Source: Escherichia coli
Lineage (GTDB): Bacteria > Pseudomonadota > Gammaproteobacteria > Enterobacterales > Enterobacteriaceae
Assembly: GCF_003790525.1 (NCBI RefSeq)
Contig: NZ_CP033635.1
DNA length: 64,000 nt
Direction: 5' to 3' (one strand)
The translations under genes were made by a program, and so were the position numbers. A model generated the notes under the pieces. That model had not been told where the DNA came from. It did no database searches and saw nothing but the letters and a program-made list of their open reading frames with translations. Position 1 is the first letter of the stretch, and each line of letters starts with the position of its first letter. Shown here piece after piece: positions 29,283-39,516 of this stretch.

Positions 29283-29829
29283 CGTTTACCGGATAATGAG
29301 CGAAAATATCCTGTTGTTACATGACAAACCATCACGACCGCAGCGGGAACATAAAGGCCGAATATCGGTAAGGAAAGCGACCAGCGTTGATGTTCTGATG
29401 GCTTTGAGTTCGGTTGCGATGATGGCGAAAAAGTCCGGGTTACGTTCGCTCTGGACTGTTGCGATCGTGAAGCTATCGACTGGGCATCCAATACGGGAGG
29501 TTACAATAAAGCGACAGTGCAGGATGTGATGTTAGGAGCGATAGAAAAACTCTTTGGCGATAAAGTACCGGAACAGTCCATCCGGTGGTTGACAGATAAC
29601 GGTTCAGCGTATAGAGCGCATGAAACACGGCAGTTCGCCAGAGAGTTGGATCTGGAGCCCTGCACAACGGCAATCAGCAGCTCTCAGAGTAATGGAATGG
29701 CAGAAAGGTTAGTGAAAACGATGAAGGAAGACTACATTGCGTTCATACCGAAACCGAATGTAATAACGGCATTGCATAACCTTGCATAGGCGTTCGAGAA
29801 TTACAATGAGAACCACCCGCATAGTGCGA
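29283..29829 (+). pseudogene. IS2-group orfB (integrase core) remnant with stops and frameshifts
   Basis: ...[32 protein letters not shown]...[42 protein letters not shown]... parallels IS2 InsD. Confidence 0.55.
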
Positions 29830-29917
29830 GAATTCATCGTTCGTGTCCATCAATAGATGGACGCGATTGTTGCCAGACAGGACAACCACCACAAGACGGC
29901 ACAGAAGGAGCGCTTAC
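29830..29917 (-). mobile_element. 88-bp IS66-family left-end remnant (copy A)
   Basis: Aligns by eye with 38453-38542, the end of the complete element, including the terminal GTAAGCGC and the first codons MNSRT of orf1. Confidence 0.6.
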
Positions 29918-29961
29918 GATGAATTTTACCGGACAATAAAAATTGTCCGGCTATTAATTAT

Positions 29962-31263
29962 TTACATCAGCCCTAGAAATTGTGGGATAAATAAAGAGAT
30001 TTGTGGAATGTAAGTGATCATCATCAATGCGACTAGCAATGCTGTATAAAAGGGTAGCAATGGTCTAAGCAAATGTTGAATCTTCACACCTGAAATAGAA
30101 CAACCAACAAATAGCGCACTACCCACCGGCGGTGTTAACAGCCCAATACAAAGGTTGGCCACCATCATAATACCGAAATGTACCGGATCCATTCCCAGCT
30201 CTTGTGCAATCGGCAAGAAGATTGGTGTGAAGATTAGTACAGCCGGTGTCATGTCCATAAAGATGCCGACAATTAATAAGACGATATTAATCAGCAGCAA
30301 TATGACCAGTGGGTTATCAGAAATCCCCATCAACGCGTCGCTGATCATATAAGGAATATCAGCATTGGTCATTGCCCAGGACATGCCCACGGAAAAACCG
30401 ATCAACAGTAATACAATCGAAGTGGTAACAACCGACTCCAGAATCAGTTTGGGTAAATCGCGCCATTTTACTTCCCGGTAAATCAGCACCGAGAGAATAA
30501 ATGTGTAGACCACGGCAATTGCTGACGCTTCAGTTGCGGTAAAAATGCCGCCCAGAATGCCGCCCATTACAATGAACACCAGAAGCAAACTTGGTAAGGC
30601 ATCCAGAAACGCTTTACATGCCTGAGCAAAGGTTGCTCTTTCTGAAAGTGGGTAGCCACGGCGTTTAGCAATAATGCCGCAGACTATCATTACCGCGAGA
30701 CCCATTAAGATCCCTGGCAAATATCCCGCCATAAATAGCGATGCTACAGAAACGCCGCCAGCTGTCAGGGAAAATACAATTAACACGTTTGAGGGCGGTA
30801 TCAGTAATCCAGTAATACAAGATGAGACGTTTACAGCGGTAGAAAATGCCGGATCATAACCTTCTTTGGTCTGAATGGGATTCAGTGTGCCACCAACGGC
30901 AGCAGCTGCCGCAACGGCTGAACCAGAAATGGAACCAAACATCATATTCGCCAGGACGTTCACATGACCAAGCGAACCAGGAACGCGGCCAACCATTACC
31001 TGGGCGAGGTTAATCAAACGTATCGCAATACCGCCGCTGTTCATCAGTGTTCCGGCAAAGATGAAAAAGGGGATTGCCAACAGGGCAAAGTTATCCAGTC
31101 CATTAGCCAATCGTTGCGAAACAGTGATTGCCGCGATATCCCAGGGAAACATCAACAGCATTGAAGCTACAGTCGCAATACCGATTGAGAACGAAATGGG
31201 CACACCAATAAAGACCAGCACAAAAAAACAGCCAAATAGTGTAAGCGCGATATAACTATCCAT
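29962..31263 (-). CDS. TRAP transporter large permease (DctM family)
   Basis: 433-aa polytopic membrane protein. Overlaps the start of the DctQ-like gene by one base. Classic DctM layout. Confidence 0.88.
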   Translation of the reverse strand: MDSYIALTLFGCFFVLVFIGVPISFSIGIATVASMLLMFPWDIAAITVSQRLANGLDNFALLAIPFFIFAGTLMNSGGIAIRLINLAQVMVGRVPGSLGHVNVLANMMFGSISGSAVAAAAAVGGTLNPIQTKEGYDPAFSTAVNVSSCITGLLIPPSNVLIVFSLTAGGVSVASLFMAGYLPGILMGLAVMIVCGIIAKRRGYPLSERATFAQACKAFLDALPSLLLVFIVMGGILGGIFTATEASAIAVVYTFILSVLIYREVKWRDLPKLILESVVTTSIVLLLIGFSVGMSWAMTNADIPYMISDALMGISDNPLVILLLINIVLLIVGIFMDMTPAVLIFTPIFLPIAQELGMDPVHFGIMMVANLCIGLLTPPVGSALFVGCSISGVKIQHLLRPLLPFYTALLVALMMITYIPQISLFIPQFLGLM

Positions 31264-31775
31264 TAACTGGCCTCCTGCGCAGGTTGTTTCAGTTGTTGAA
31301 TGCTTTGATTAATAAAACACAAGGCATAAAACATCATCACCAATCCACTTAATGGCAGAATGATATATACGTATCCCATCGGTATTTGCATCGCGGCAGA
31401 TACCTGTGATGTTGCCAGTGTTTTATCAATTAATTTCAGGCCACCAGTCACAATGACCGAACCGGCAAAACCTAAAATGAGAATGTTAATGACTATACTA
31501 AGAAGTAATTGCTTGCGCTTATTCAGGGCGAGAGCAAATAAATCGATAGAGAGATGTCTCTGCGCGCCGACGGTATATGCAGCACCTAATAATCCTACCC
31601 AGATCATCAAAAAGCGTGCCAGCTCATCGGTTAATGTACTTGGCTGGTTAAGTACGTAGCGGCTAAATACTTGCCAGACTACGCATACAACCAGAGCAAG
31701 CATGACGGCGACAGAAAACGCGGCAATGACGCGGTCTACCGCAAGTTTCAGGCGGTTAAATATCATTGTAAGCAT
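31263..31775 (-). CDS. TRAP transporter small permease (DctQ family)
   Basis: 170 aa with four hydrophobic segments, located between the DctP and DctM genes. Confidence 0.82.
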   Translation of the reverse strand: MLTMIFNRLKLAVDRVIAAFSVAVMLALVVCVVWQVFSRYVLNQPSTLTDELARFLMIWVGLLGAAYTVGAQRHLSIDLFALALNKRKQLLLSIVINILILGFAGSVIVTGGLKLIDKTLATSQVSAAMQIPMGYVYIILPLSGLVMMFYALCFINQSIQQLKQPAQEAS

Positions 31776-31810
31776 CCTGGAAAATCAGGGCCAGAGACTG
31801 GCCCGAAATA

Positions 31811-32800
31811 TTATTGAGCAGCGTTGTCGAATTTCTCTAACAAAGCAGCTTGTTTTGGATCTTTTTTGAAGTCGTCAAACAGAGGTTGAACTGCGGCACG
31901 GAATGGGGCTTTATCAACCTTAACGATTTCACCACCCATAGCTTTCGCCTGAGCACGTGTGTCAGCGTCAATTTTTTCCCACAATTTTTGTTGATAAGCT
32001 TCGGATTTCTTCGCCGCTGTTTCGAGGATTTGTTGCTGTTCTGGGGTTAATTTATTCCATGTTTTGGTGGAGATAACCAAAAAGTCAGGAATTGAGGCAT
32101 GTTCATCTTCAGAAAAGACTTTGGCAATTTCGATATGTCGAGTCTGCACCCAGGAAGGCACGTTATTTTCTGCGCCATCTACTACACCTTGCTGCATCGC
32201 AGTATAAACTTCGCCAAATGAAATTGGAGTGGGTGAGCCCCCCATCAGTTCAATCATTTTGATGGTGGTCGGGCTTGGCTGAACACGAATTTTCAGCCCT
32301 TTAAGATCTTCTGGCTTAGTAATCGGTTTTTTCGCATAGAAACTGCGAGTACCCGCTACATAAGCTGATAAAGCAAAAAAGCCTTTGTCTTTTGTTGAGT
32401 CCATAATTTCTTTACCAACTTCACCAAAAACCACTTTGTTGAAGTGCGCCTGATCTTTAAATAAGAACGGCAAATTATAGATAGCATAAATATTATCAAA
32501 AGACTCCAGATCACTGGCGGAACCTTTGGTCATATCCAGTGCGCCATTTTGTAACAACTCCATAGTTTCTCGCGCATTACCCATCTGGCTACTGGGGTAT
32601 ATACGAATGACAATATTGCCATTAGAAAGTTGTTTTACCTCGTTTGCCAGATGTTCAAAAGTCTGGTGTACAACATGACTGCGTTCAAGGTTGTGTGCCA
32701 ATTTTAATGTCACTTTTTCTGCGGCATTTACGCTATTGATAAGCAAAGTCACCAGAACTGATGAATAAAATAACGAATGGATAAATAACCTAATTTTCAT
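31811..32800 (-). CDS. TRAP transporter substrate-binding protein (DctP family)
   Basis: 329 aa with a signal peptide. DctP-type blocks (LKLAHNL..., GLKIRVQPSP, TPISFGEVYTAMQQGVVDGAENN). Confidence 0.88.
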   Translation of the reverse strand: MKIRLFIHSLFYSSVLVTLLINSVNAAEKVTLKLAHNLERSHVVHQTFEHLANEVKQLSNGNIVIRIYPSSQMGNARETMELLQNGALDMTKGSASDLESFDNIYAIYNLPFLFKDQAHFNKVVFGEVGKEIMDSTKDKGFFALSAYVAGTRSFYAKKPITKPEDLKGLKIRVQPSPTTIKMIELMGGSPTPISFGEVYTAMQQGVVDGAENNVPSWVQTRHIEIAKVFSEDEHASIPDFLVISTKTWNKLTPEQQQILETAAKKSEAYQQKLWEKIDADTRAQAKAMGGEIVKVDKAPFRAAVQPLFDDFKKDPKQAALLEKFDNAAQ

Positions 32801-32984
32801 ATAATCCCTCCTCTATGTATAAACATGAAAATTGGTTGATATAAAATGCCATTTATTATCATCTTGTCCGACCAATCATTAAACCTGTTAGACCACTTCT
32901 CCGTATTTATCACATATTAAAACAAAGTCAATAAATAAAGTGTCTGTTTTGTGAGCTATGTTGGGAAATGTTGATCGGACAGGG

Positions 32985-33286
32985 CTATCCAACCTCGGGA
33001 AATAACTGATTTTAGCACGAGAGAAATTCCTGGCCTGTCTGGGATTGATAACAGCTATATCAAAACCTTCAGCCTAAAGTGAACAGGCTACAGCAGCTTC
33101 AAACCCACCAGTAGCCTCCATCAAAACCAGCGCCACCGAATGATTTCTCAATTCAGCAATGATGAGCTAAAAACCATCGGTGTCGTTACAAGAAGTAAAC
33201 TGAGCAAACTCGTTGTTAGCAGTAGCAATGTCAAGAGTTGTTTTAGAAACATCAATACCCACACAAAGCTGATTTGGCTGACTCAT
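32985..33286 (-). pseudogene. IS110-family transposase N-terminal fragment
   Basis: Minus strand MSQPNQLCVGIDVSKTTLDIA..., with in-frame stops, ending ...VINPRQARNFSRA... Confidence 0.55.
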
Positions 33287-33348
33287 GATTACCCATCCTT
33301 GCAAATGCGTTATAGCGTATGGACAACTGTTCGGGTTTCAGATGGGTA

Positions 33349-33468
<120 letters not shown>

Positions 33469-33797
33469 CGAATAAGGTAACGGGGGGACAGGGACCGTTT
33501 TCGCCGGGTGACTGAAGTCTTTTTCTGTTTCTCAGTACAAGGCCGTACAGCCGGTAATCCAGGCAGCATCACAAAAATGGGCGATGTAGCTTTATTATCG
33601 GACCCAGTTATCGTCTGGACGGCCCCCGACTGAGAAAAGACATTTACACTGAGTGATAAACAGGCTCTGTGACCACAGACTTGTCTCATAAGCGCGACCG
33701 GATATGTCCATCTGTCTCTCTGCCAACAGTCTTTCCATCACCAACTTTGGTAAGGGCGTCTTCTGAAAGGTTTCCTTCTCAGAAGGCTGTCTTCTGC

Positions 33798-35780
33798 TCA
33801 GACTATTGTGGCCCACCGCAGTCGTAGCTTCATCCCCCAGGAACTGGTCCAGCCGCTGGTTGTGGAGATTACCCGCCCCTTCGATATCACTACGAACGTC
33901 GGGGTTACTCTAATTCTCCATAAACGGGATATTGTGCCATCAGCATCATTGATCACCGGGAACCTGTTCCTCCTGAGAGCCAGCTTCCGGCTCACCTCAT
34001 CAGATGAGCCGGAACGGTATGCAATCGTCATCACATTCTCTCCCCTGGCAGATAAAGCCGCCACCTCCGCGCAGTGCAACAACATCCGCCTCCTGCAGCG
34101 ACTTCTGCACATTGTCTTTTTGCAGCACATTGTATTTATTGAATTTACAGGTAACACACCAGTCTGCAGTCACATCGATAAATACCCGCTTATGCTGAGC
34201 CAGCGCCTCCTTAATCGCCTGTTCACTGAGAGGCTGCCAGACAACCTGTTCTTTCGTTGTACTGTGTGAGGATACTCCCAAGTGTGGCAGTAACAGTGTT
34301 GTCAGCCAGAAGGCAGAACCCAGCATCATCAGGCCAAGCACCCGACGCAAAATATTCATCCATCCTCCCGGATGGGGCAAACACAACGCAAGCCCGGGTC
34401 GCAACGCCACCAACAGCCACGGAAGACTCATTCCCACGCCCAGTGCAAAGAAAATCCCCCACAGAGTGGGTAGTGATGCCGTCAGCGCCACTGCCACTGC
34501 CGTACCGAGGAAGGGGGCGCTACACGGTGTCGCCAGAAGAGTCGCAAAAGCGCCCTGCCAGAAATGTCCGGACATTCCATTACCACCAAATGTCGCCAGA
34601 CGAGTCATGAGGCCGGAAGGCAGGCGGAACTCAAACAGGCCAAACAGACTGGCACTAAAAATCAGCATAACCAGCGTCATCAGAACAATAAACCAGGGAC
34701 TCTGATACTGGATCCCCCACCCCAGAGCCCGGTTTGTCAGCCGCAGAAGGGTCATTAACGTAGCCAGAGCCATAAAGGAAGTAAGGATCCCGGCTACAGA
34801 CATCAGAAACTGACATCGAATCTGCTGACGGTTTTTCTCTTCCACCAGTAAAACTGAGCCCAGCTTCATCCCCAGAACCGGTAATACACAGGGCATCAGG
34901 TTAAGAATGAGTCCACCAGCTAATGCCATCAGAGTGACCTGCCAAAGAGGTAAGACATTCTCTGCTATTTTGGTTGCACCTGCCGCAACCGTAAGCGTAC
35001 TTTCCTGAGCGAGGCCGCCGCTTTCAATAACCAGTGTGACTTGTTGGCCAGTCAGGTCCGGCGCCCCCTCTCCCCAGTTGTCCGTGACCGGCACAGATGC
35101 GAGCAGATTCTTGCCGTCAATCTGCATCTGCGGCTTACCGAAGCTTGCATAATCAACAGAATCCAGATAAATATCCGGAGATGACCAGCCGTCTGCCCGT
35201 ATTGCGGTAATGAGCAGTCCACCAGGTCGGTAAACCGCGTTTAAGGAATCCGCTACCCCATGGGAAAGCGGAATTTTCCCCATGGCCTGTGCGTAATCAT
35301 GTGCAAATGTTGTATCCTGTGTGGAAACATTCACAGTGAAAGGGTAATCGGTCAGCAGACAGACATTGCTGCAGACAGGCAGGGTCAGTACGCCAGTGAT
35401 CCTCTCAGGTGATATACCACGTAACACCACGGGAAACGTGACTGTGTTGTGATATCCCGTAGTGGTAATGCCGGCCACGTCAAAACGTGAAGGCCAGGCC
35501 AGTACCACTCCACTTCCGGTGTTTCACTTTTCCAGTCGACTGACGGTGCAATCCCCCCTTATCCGGGTGAGCGCCAGTAAGTTTTCCAGCCGTTATCCAG
35601 TTTAACGTCCAGCAAAACACGTGTTTCCCCGGAGACCACGGAATCAGCACGTATCCGTATACTGGCATGCTCATTCTCAGGAGAACGCAACCAGCCACTT
35701 TCGGTAGCCCAGGATACAGGCAGCCAGAACAATAACAGACAGAGAAGCATCTGCCTGAAAACATAATTAACATAATTCAC
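33798..35780 (-). pseudogene. scsB: scsB (DsbD-family copper-sensitivity suppressor) with frameshift, fused by deletion to the 3' half of scsD; scsC missing
   Basis: 35559..35780 gives the N-terminus (...DNGWKTYWRSPG). 34000..35508 gives the body with LMPCVLPVL and a C-terminal DWCVTCKFN thioredoxin motif. 33798..34157 carries GENVMTIAYRSG...VTPTFVVISKGRVISTTSGWTSSWGMKLRLRWA, matching recalled Salmonella ScsD. Confidence 0.7.
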
Positions 35781-35817
35781 ATTGTTCGTAAGCGGCTCGC
35801 CAGAACCGTATTGATAT

Positions 35818-37422
35818 TTACTGAGAGGTCAGATCCACTTTCCAGGGCAACAGATCGCGTACCCGGTTTGCCGGCCAGTCCTGGATATGCTCAATGACGT
35901 AACGCAGCCATTTTTCTGGTTCCACATTGTTCAGACGGCATGTGCCGATCAGCGAGTACAACACCGCCGCATGTTCGCCACCGCTGTCGGAACCCGCGAA
36001 GAGCCAGTTTTTCCGGCCTACGGCCACTCCCCGTAAGGCGTTCTCTGCGATGTTGTTGTCGATTTCCACCCAGCCATTACTGCAGTACACGTTCAGGCCA
36101 TCCCACTGTTTCAGCAGGTATGCGAACGCTTTTGCCGTATCCGAGTGACGCGACAGTGTTTTCATCTGAGTCTGTATCCAGTCATACAGTGACTGCATCA
36201 GTGGCGCAGCTCTGGCTTTTCTTACCGCCAGACGCTGTTCTGCTGAACATCCCCGGACTTCTGCCTCGATGACATACAGTTCACCGATACGCCGCAGGGC
36301 TTCCGTGGTGATGTCGGTTGGCACTCTTGCATGCACATCGTGGATTTTTCTCCGGGCATGAGCCATACACGCGGCTTCCGTTATTCTGCCGGATTCGTAT
36401 AACGCCCGGTAGCCACCGTAAGCATCGGCCTGAAGCACTCCGCTGTAACCGGCCAGATGAGTCTAGGGATGTATGCCTTTCCGGTCCGGACTGTACGCGA
36501 ACCAGACCGCCAGGGGCATTTCCGAACCGGCATTGCGGTCATCACGGACGTAGACCCACAGCCGGGCTGTCCGGGTTTTACCGCTGCCCGGCTCCTGGAC
36601 CGGAACGGGGATATCATCCGCATGGACTTTACCGGGCATCAGCACATACTGGCGCAGCACGTCATACAGCGGCTCCGGCAGTTCAGCAACGGCACCGGTC
36701 CAGCGCCCCAGCGTGGCGCGGCTCAGTTCCACGCCCTGACGACGGTATATTTCTGACTGGCGGTATAACGGCAGATGGTCTGCATACTTCCCGGTGACGA
36801 TATGAGCCAGAAGCCCCGCTCCGGCATAACTGCGTGCAATGGGTTTTGAAGGAACCGGCGCCTGCACAATATGGTCGCACCGGCTACAGGCCCGTTTGGG
36901 ACGTATGGTTTCAATAACTTTAAAGGCGGTATTAATGATATCCAGTTGCTCTGAGATTGTTTCCCCCATTTCTTTCAGAACACCTCCACAGGCCGGGCAA
37001 CTGGTTTCAGCAGGCAGAAGGCGATGTGTCTCCCGGGGAAGTTCTGCCGGCAGCGGTTTTCGTGAAGATTTTCGTCCCAGGGATTCAGGCTTACTGGCGA
37101 TCGGGTTTTCTGACGGGGGACTGGTGTCAGGTGAATCTGTGACTGACGATGCATCTTCCAGAAGATTTCTGGCTGTGTTCAGCCGGTTTTCCAGTTCCGA
37201 CAGTCGTTTTTCTGCCTGTCGGATCTGATTTTCAAGCTTATGACGCTTTTTCTCTGAACTCTGGCCGAACAACATACGACGCAACCTGTCGAGTTGCGCT
37301 TTCAGCCGTTCAATTTCCTGCTCATAGCCCGCGACCTGACAGGTATACTGGCGAAGCCGACTCTGTTGCTTACGCAACATGGCTTTAAGCAGCTCAATAT
37401 CGTCGGGGAGTTCATTGTTCAT
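35818..37422 (-). pseudogene. IS66-family transposase TnpC, split by a frameshift near 36440-36465
   Basis: N-terminal ORF 36463..37422 (coiled coil plus Zn-finger CPACGG) and C-terminal ORF 35818..36438 (DDE part) are in different frames. Confidence 0.85.
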
Positions 37423-37441
37423 TCCCTTGTTTTATCACGGG

Positions 37442-37789
37442 TTATATCCGGATGCCAGGCCGTTCTGTCCGTTTGGGATGTTGCCACGCGATCCCCTCCA
37501 GTAGCATGGATAACTGAGCTGGCGTCAGGTGCACTTTCCCTTCCCGGGTCACCGGCCAGATGAAGCGGCCCCGTTCCAGGCGTTTGGCGAACAGGCATAA
37601 CCCATCACGATCGGCCCACAGTATTTTCACCATTTTGCCACTGCGGCCCCGGAAGACGAAGATATGCCCGGAGAACGGGTCATCTTTCAGCGTGTTCTGC
37701 ACCTTCGAAGCCAGGCCATTGAAGCCACAACGCATATCTGTGATGCCAGCGATGATCCAGATTTTGGTACCGGTCGGCAGCGTTATCAT
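37442..37789 (-). CDS. IS66-family TnpB (orf2)
   Basis: 115 aa, MITLPTGTKIWIIAGITDMRCGFNGLA..., the canonical IS66 Orf2. Confidence 0.9.
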   Translation of the reverse strand: MITLPTGTKIWIIAGITDMRCGFNGLASKVQNTLKDDPFSGHIFVFRGRSGKMVKILWADRDGLCLFAKRLERGRFIWPVTREGKVHLTPAQLSMLLEGIAWQHPKRTERPGIRI

Positions 37790-38460
37790 CGGGTACCCCC
37801 TTTCATTTCGCGGATTAGCGCCCGTAACAGTTCCGGAGTGAGAGGGTCAAACAGTTTTACCACACCTGATTTAAGATGCAGCTCGCACCGTGGGACGTTT
37901 CCGGGATCCCCCTCAGGGCGCTCATCAGGCTTGTTACGCCAGAAGGGATTTGTAACTGGTCTGGTCGGCTCTGGCTTATCAGTCAGTGCCACCGGGACAG
38001 GCATGCATTCCTGTATGTCATCATCGCTCAGTAAGCCGTCCTCGTACTGGCTTTTCCATTTAAACAGCAGCTTATCATTGATATCGTGTTCTCTGGCGAT
38101 CCGGGCAACAACAGCACCAGGCTGTAATGCCTGCTTAGCCAGACGGACCTTAAATTCACGGCTATAGCTGGTTCGCCGTTCTTTTCGCCATGAGCCTTCT
38201 CTGATTTGAGGCTCTGTTAATTCCTTCTTTCTGTTGGCATAAAGGATGGCGTCAAGTTGAGCGAATGAAACTGAATCGGGCAATGGCCATGCGATACCGG
38301 ATGCAAGAAATCGCTGAAAAAGCGTATGTATTGTGGAATGACTGAGACCTAGACGCTGAGCGATGGCTCGGATAGTCAGTTTATCTTCAAATCTTAAACG
38401 TAGGGCATCAGGCAAATAAGAACGGAAGCAGAGAATATCTTTTGTTGTCCGGGAATTCAT
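37786..38460 (-). CDS. IS66-family accessory protein (orf1/TnpA, extended HTH form)
   Basis: 224 aa; ...ALQPGAVVARIAREHDINDKLLFKWK... block. Confidence 0.8.
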   Translation of the reverse strand: MNSRTTKDILCFRSYLPDALRLRFEDKLTIRAIAQRLGLSHSTIHTLFQRFLASGIAWPLPDSVSFAQLDAILYANRKKELTEPQIREGSWRKERRTSYSREFKVRLAKQALQPGAVVARIAREHDINDKLLFKWKSQYEDGLLSDDDIQECMPVPVALTDKPEPTRPVTNPFWRNKPDERPEGDPGNVPRCELHLKSGVVKLFDPLTPELLRALIREMKGGTR

Positions 38461-38706
38461 CCTTCGTGTCCATCAATATAGATGGGCGCAATTGTTGCCA
38501 GACAGGACAATTTTCACAAGACGTCGCTGATAGGGCGCTTACATTTAGTCTGCAAGGATCAGGAGTTACAGACGGCATTGGCTTTACGCTTACGTATTAG
38601 GTAAGATACATCAACAAAATAATTATGTGGCTTTATACATGGATGTCAGTAGGCTATTTCCGGTTGATATACCCTGCCCGTAAATTACAGGGCAGGAATA
38701 GTATTA

Positions 38707-39498
38707 TTAATTTCGGGAGAAGCTTAAGGTTGCCACATCGACAGTTTCATCACACAGGTTTTTGTCCTGAAATACTTTCTTATTTTTGACTTTAGCTAGC
38801 CATTGCCCGACATGAAGGGAGGGTACAGTGATGATACCGTCCTCATTACTTACAAAGGTAAGTTCTGCTTTATGAGCCGAATGTTTATGCTCTGCCGCAT
38901 GAGTATGGCGGGATGATTTCAGATAACTGACAGAGTCAAGCTCCAGAGTGGCTCCGGCAAGCGGGGAAGTTTTATACAGAACTTTCAGCTTCACATCTTC
39001 ACCGAAACGACTGATATCGGATAACGGAATGATTTCAAGCTCATCCCCTATTGGATACTGATAGAGTTGTGCTGGCATCTGCTGTTCACCAGGAATAAAA
39101 GATTTTGCATATTTAGTCACAAACTCACAGTATGCCACATCATTTCTGCCCTCCCGGCTGACAGGCTTCCATCCTGACGAGGTTCTCGACCAGTATCCCG
39201 GTTTCATTTTCGTTGACAGAACGTAGCTATTACCGTTGCCTGCAGTCTCAATTTTATAGACATAATCCGTGGATGTTGGCTTCAGCGTTATTGTCTCTTT
39301 CCCGTTATAAAGCCGGGGAGTTTCAAAGAAATCCCTTCTGTCAGGAATCGTGCCCTTTGAGGGGAAATTATGACCATAACCAATCTCTGCGATAACGTTG
39401 TTCTCTGCCTGTTTGCCGGTAATCCAGACATCATGGGCCAGGACATGCCCCGATGCTGTCAGACAAAGAGCTAAGATATAGCCTGTATTTTTCATCAT
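38707..39498 (-). CDS. periplasmic DUF4198-family protein, co-operonic with the heme receptor
   Basis: Signal peptide followed by the AHDVWITG...GYGHNFP start typical, as I recall, of DUF4198. Lies 18 nt downstream of the receptor gene. Confidence 0.58.
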   Translation of the reverse strand: MMKNTGYILALCLTASGHVLAHDVWITGKQAENNVIAEIGYGHNFPSKGTIPDRRDFFETPRLYNGKETITLKPTSTDYVYKIETAGNGNSYVLSTKMKPGYWSRTSSGWKPVSREGRNDVAYCEFVTKYAKSFIPGEQQMPAQLYQYPIGDELEIIPLSDISRFGEDVKLKVLYKTSPLAGATLELDSVSYLKSSRHTHAAEHKHSAHKAELTFVSNEDGIITVPSLHVGQWLAKVKNKKVFQDKNLCDETVDVATLSFSRN

Positions 39499-39516
39499 GA
39501 TTTATTTCCTGAGAGG

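Larger units (their letters stand above)
35788..38542 (-). mobile_element. IS66-family element, complete ends, tnpC frameshifted
   Basis: Terminal GTAAGCG... at 35788 and, as reverse complement, ending at 38542. Three-gene tnpA-tnpB-tnpC layout. Confidence 0.85.
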
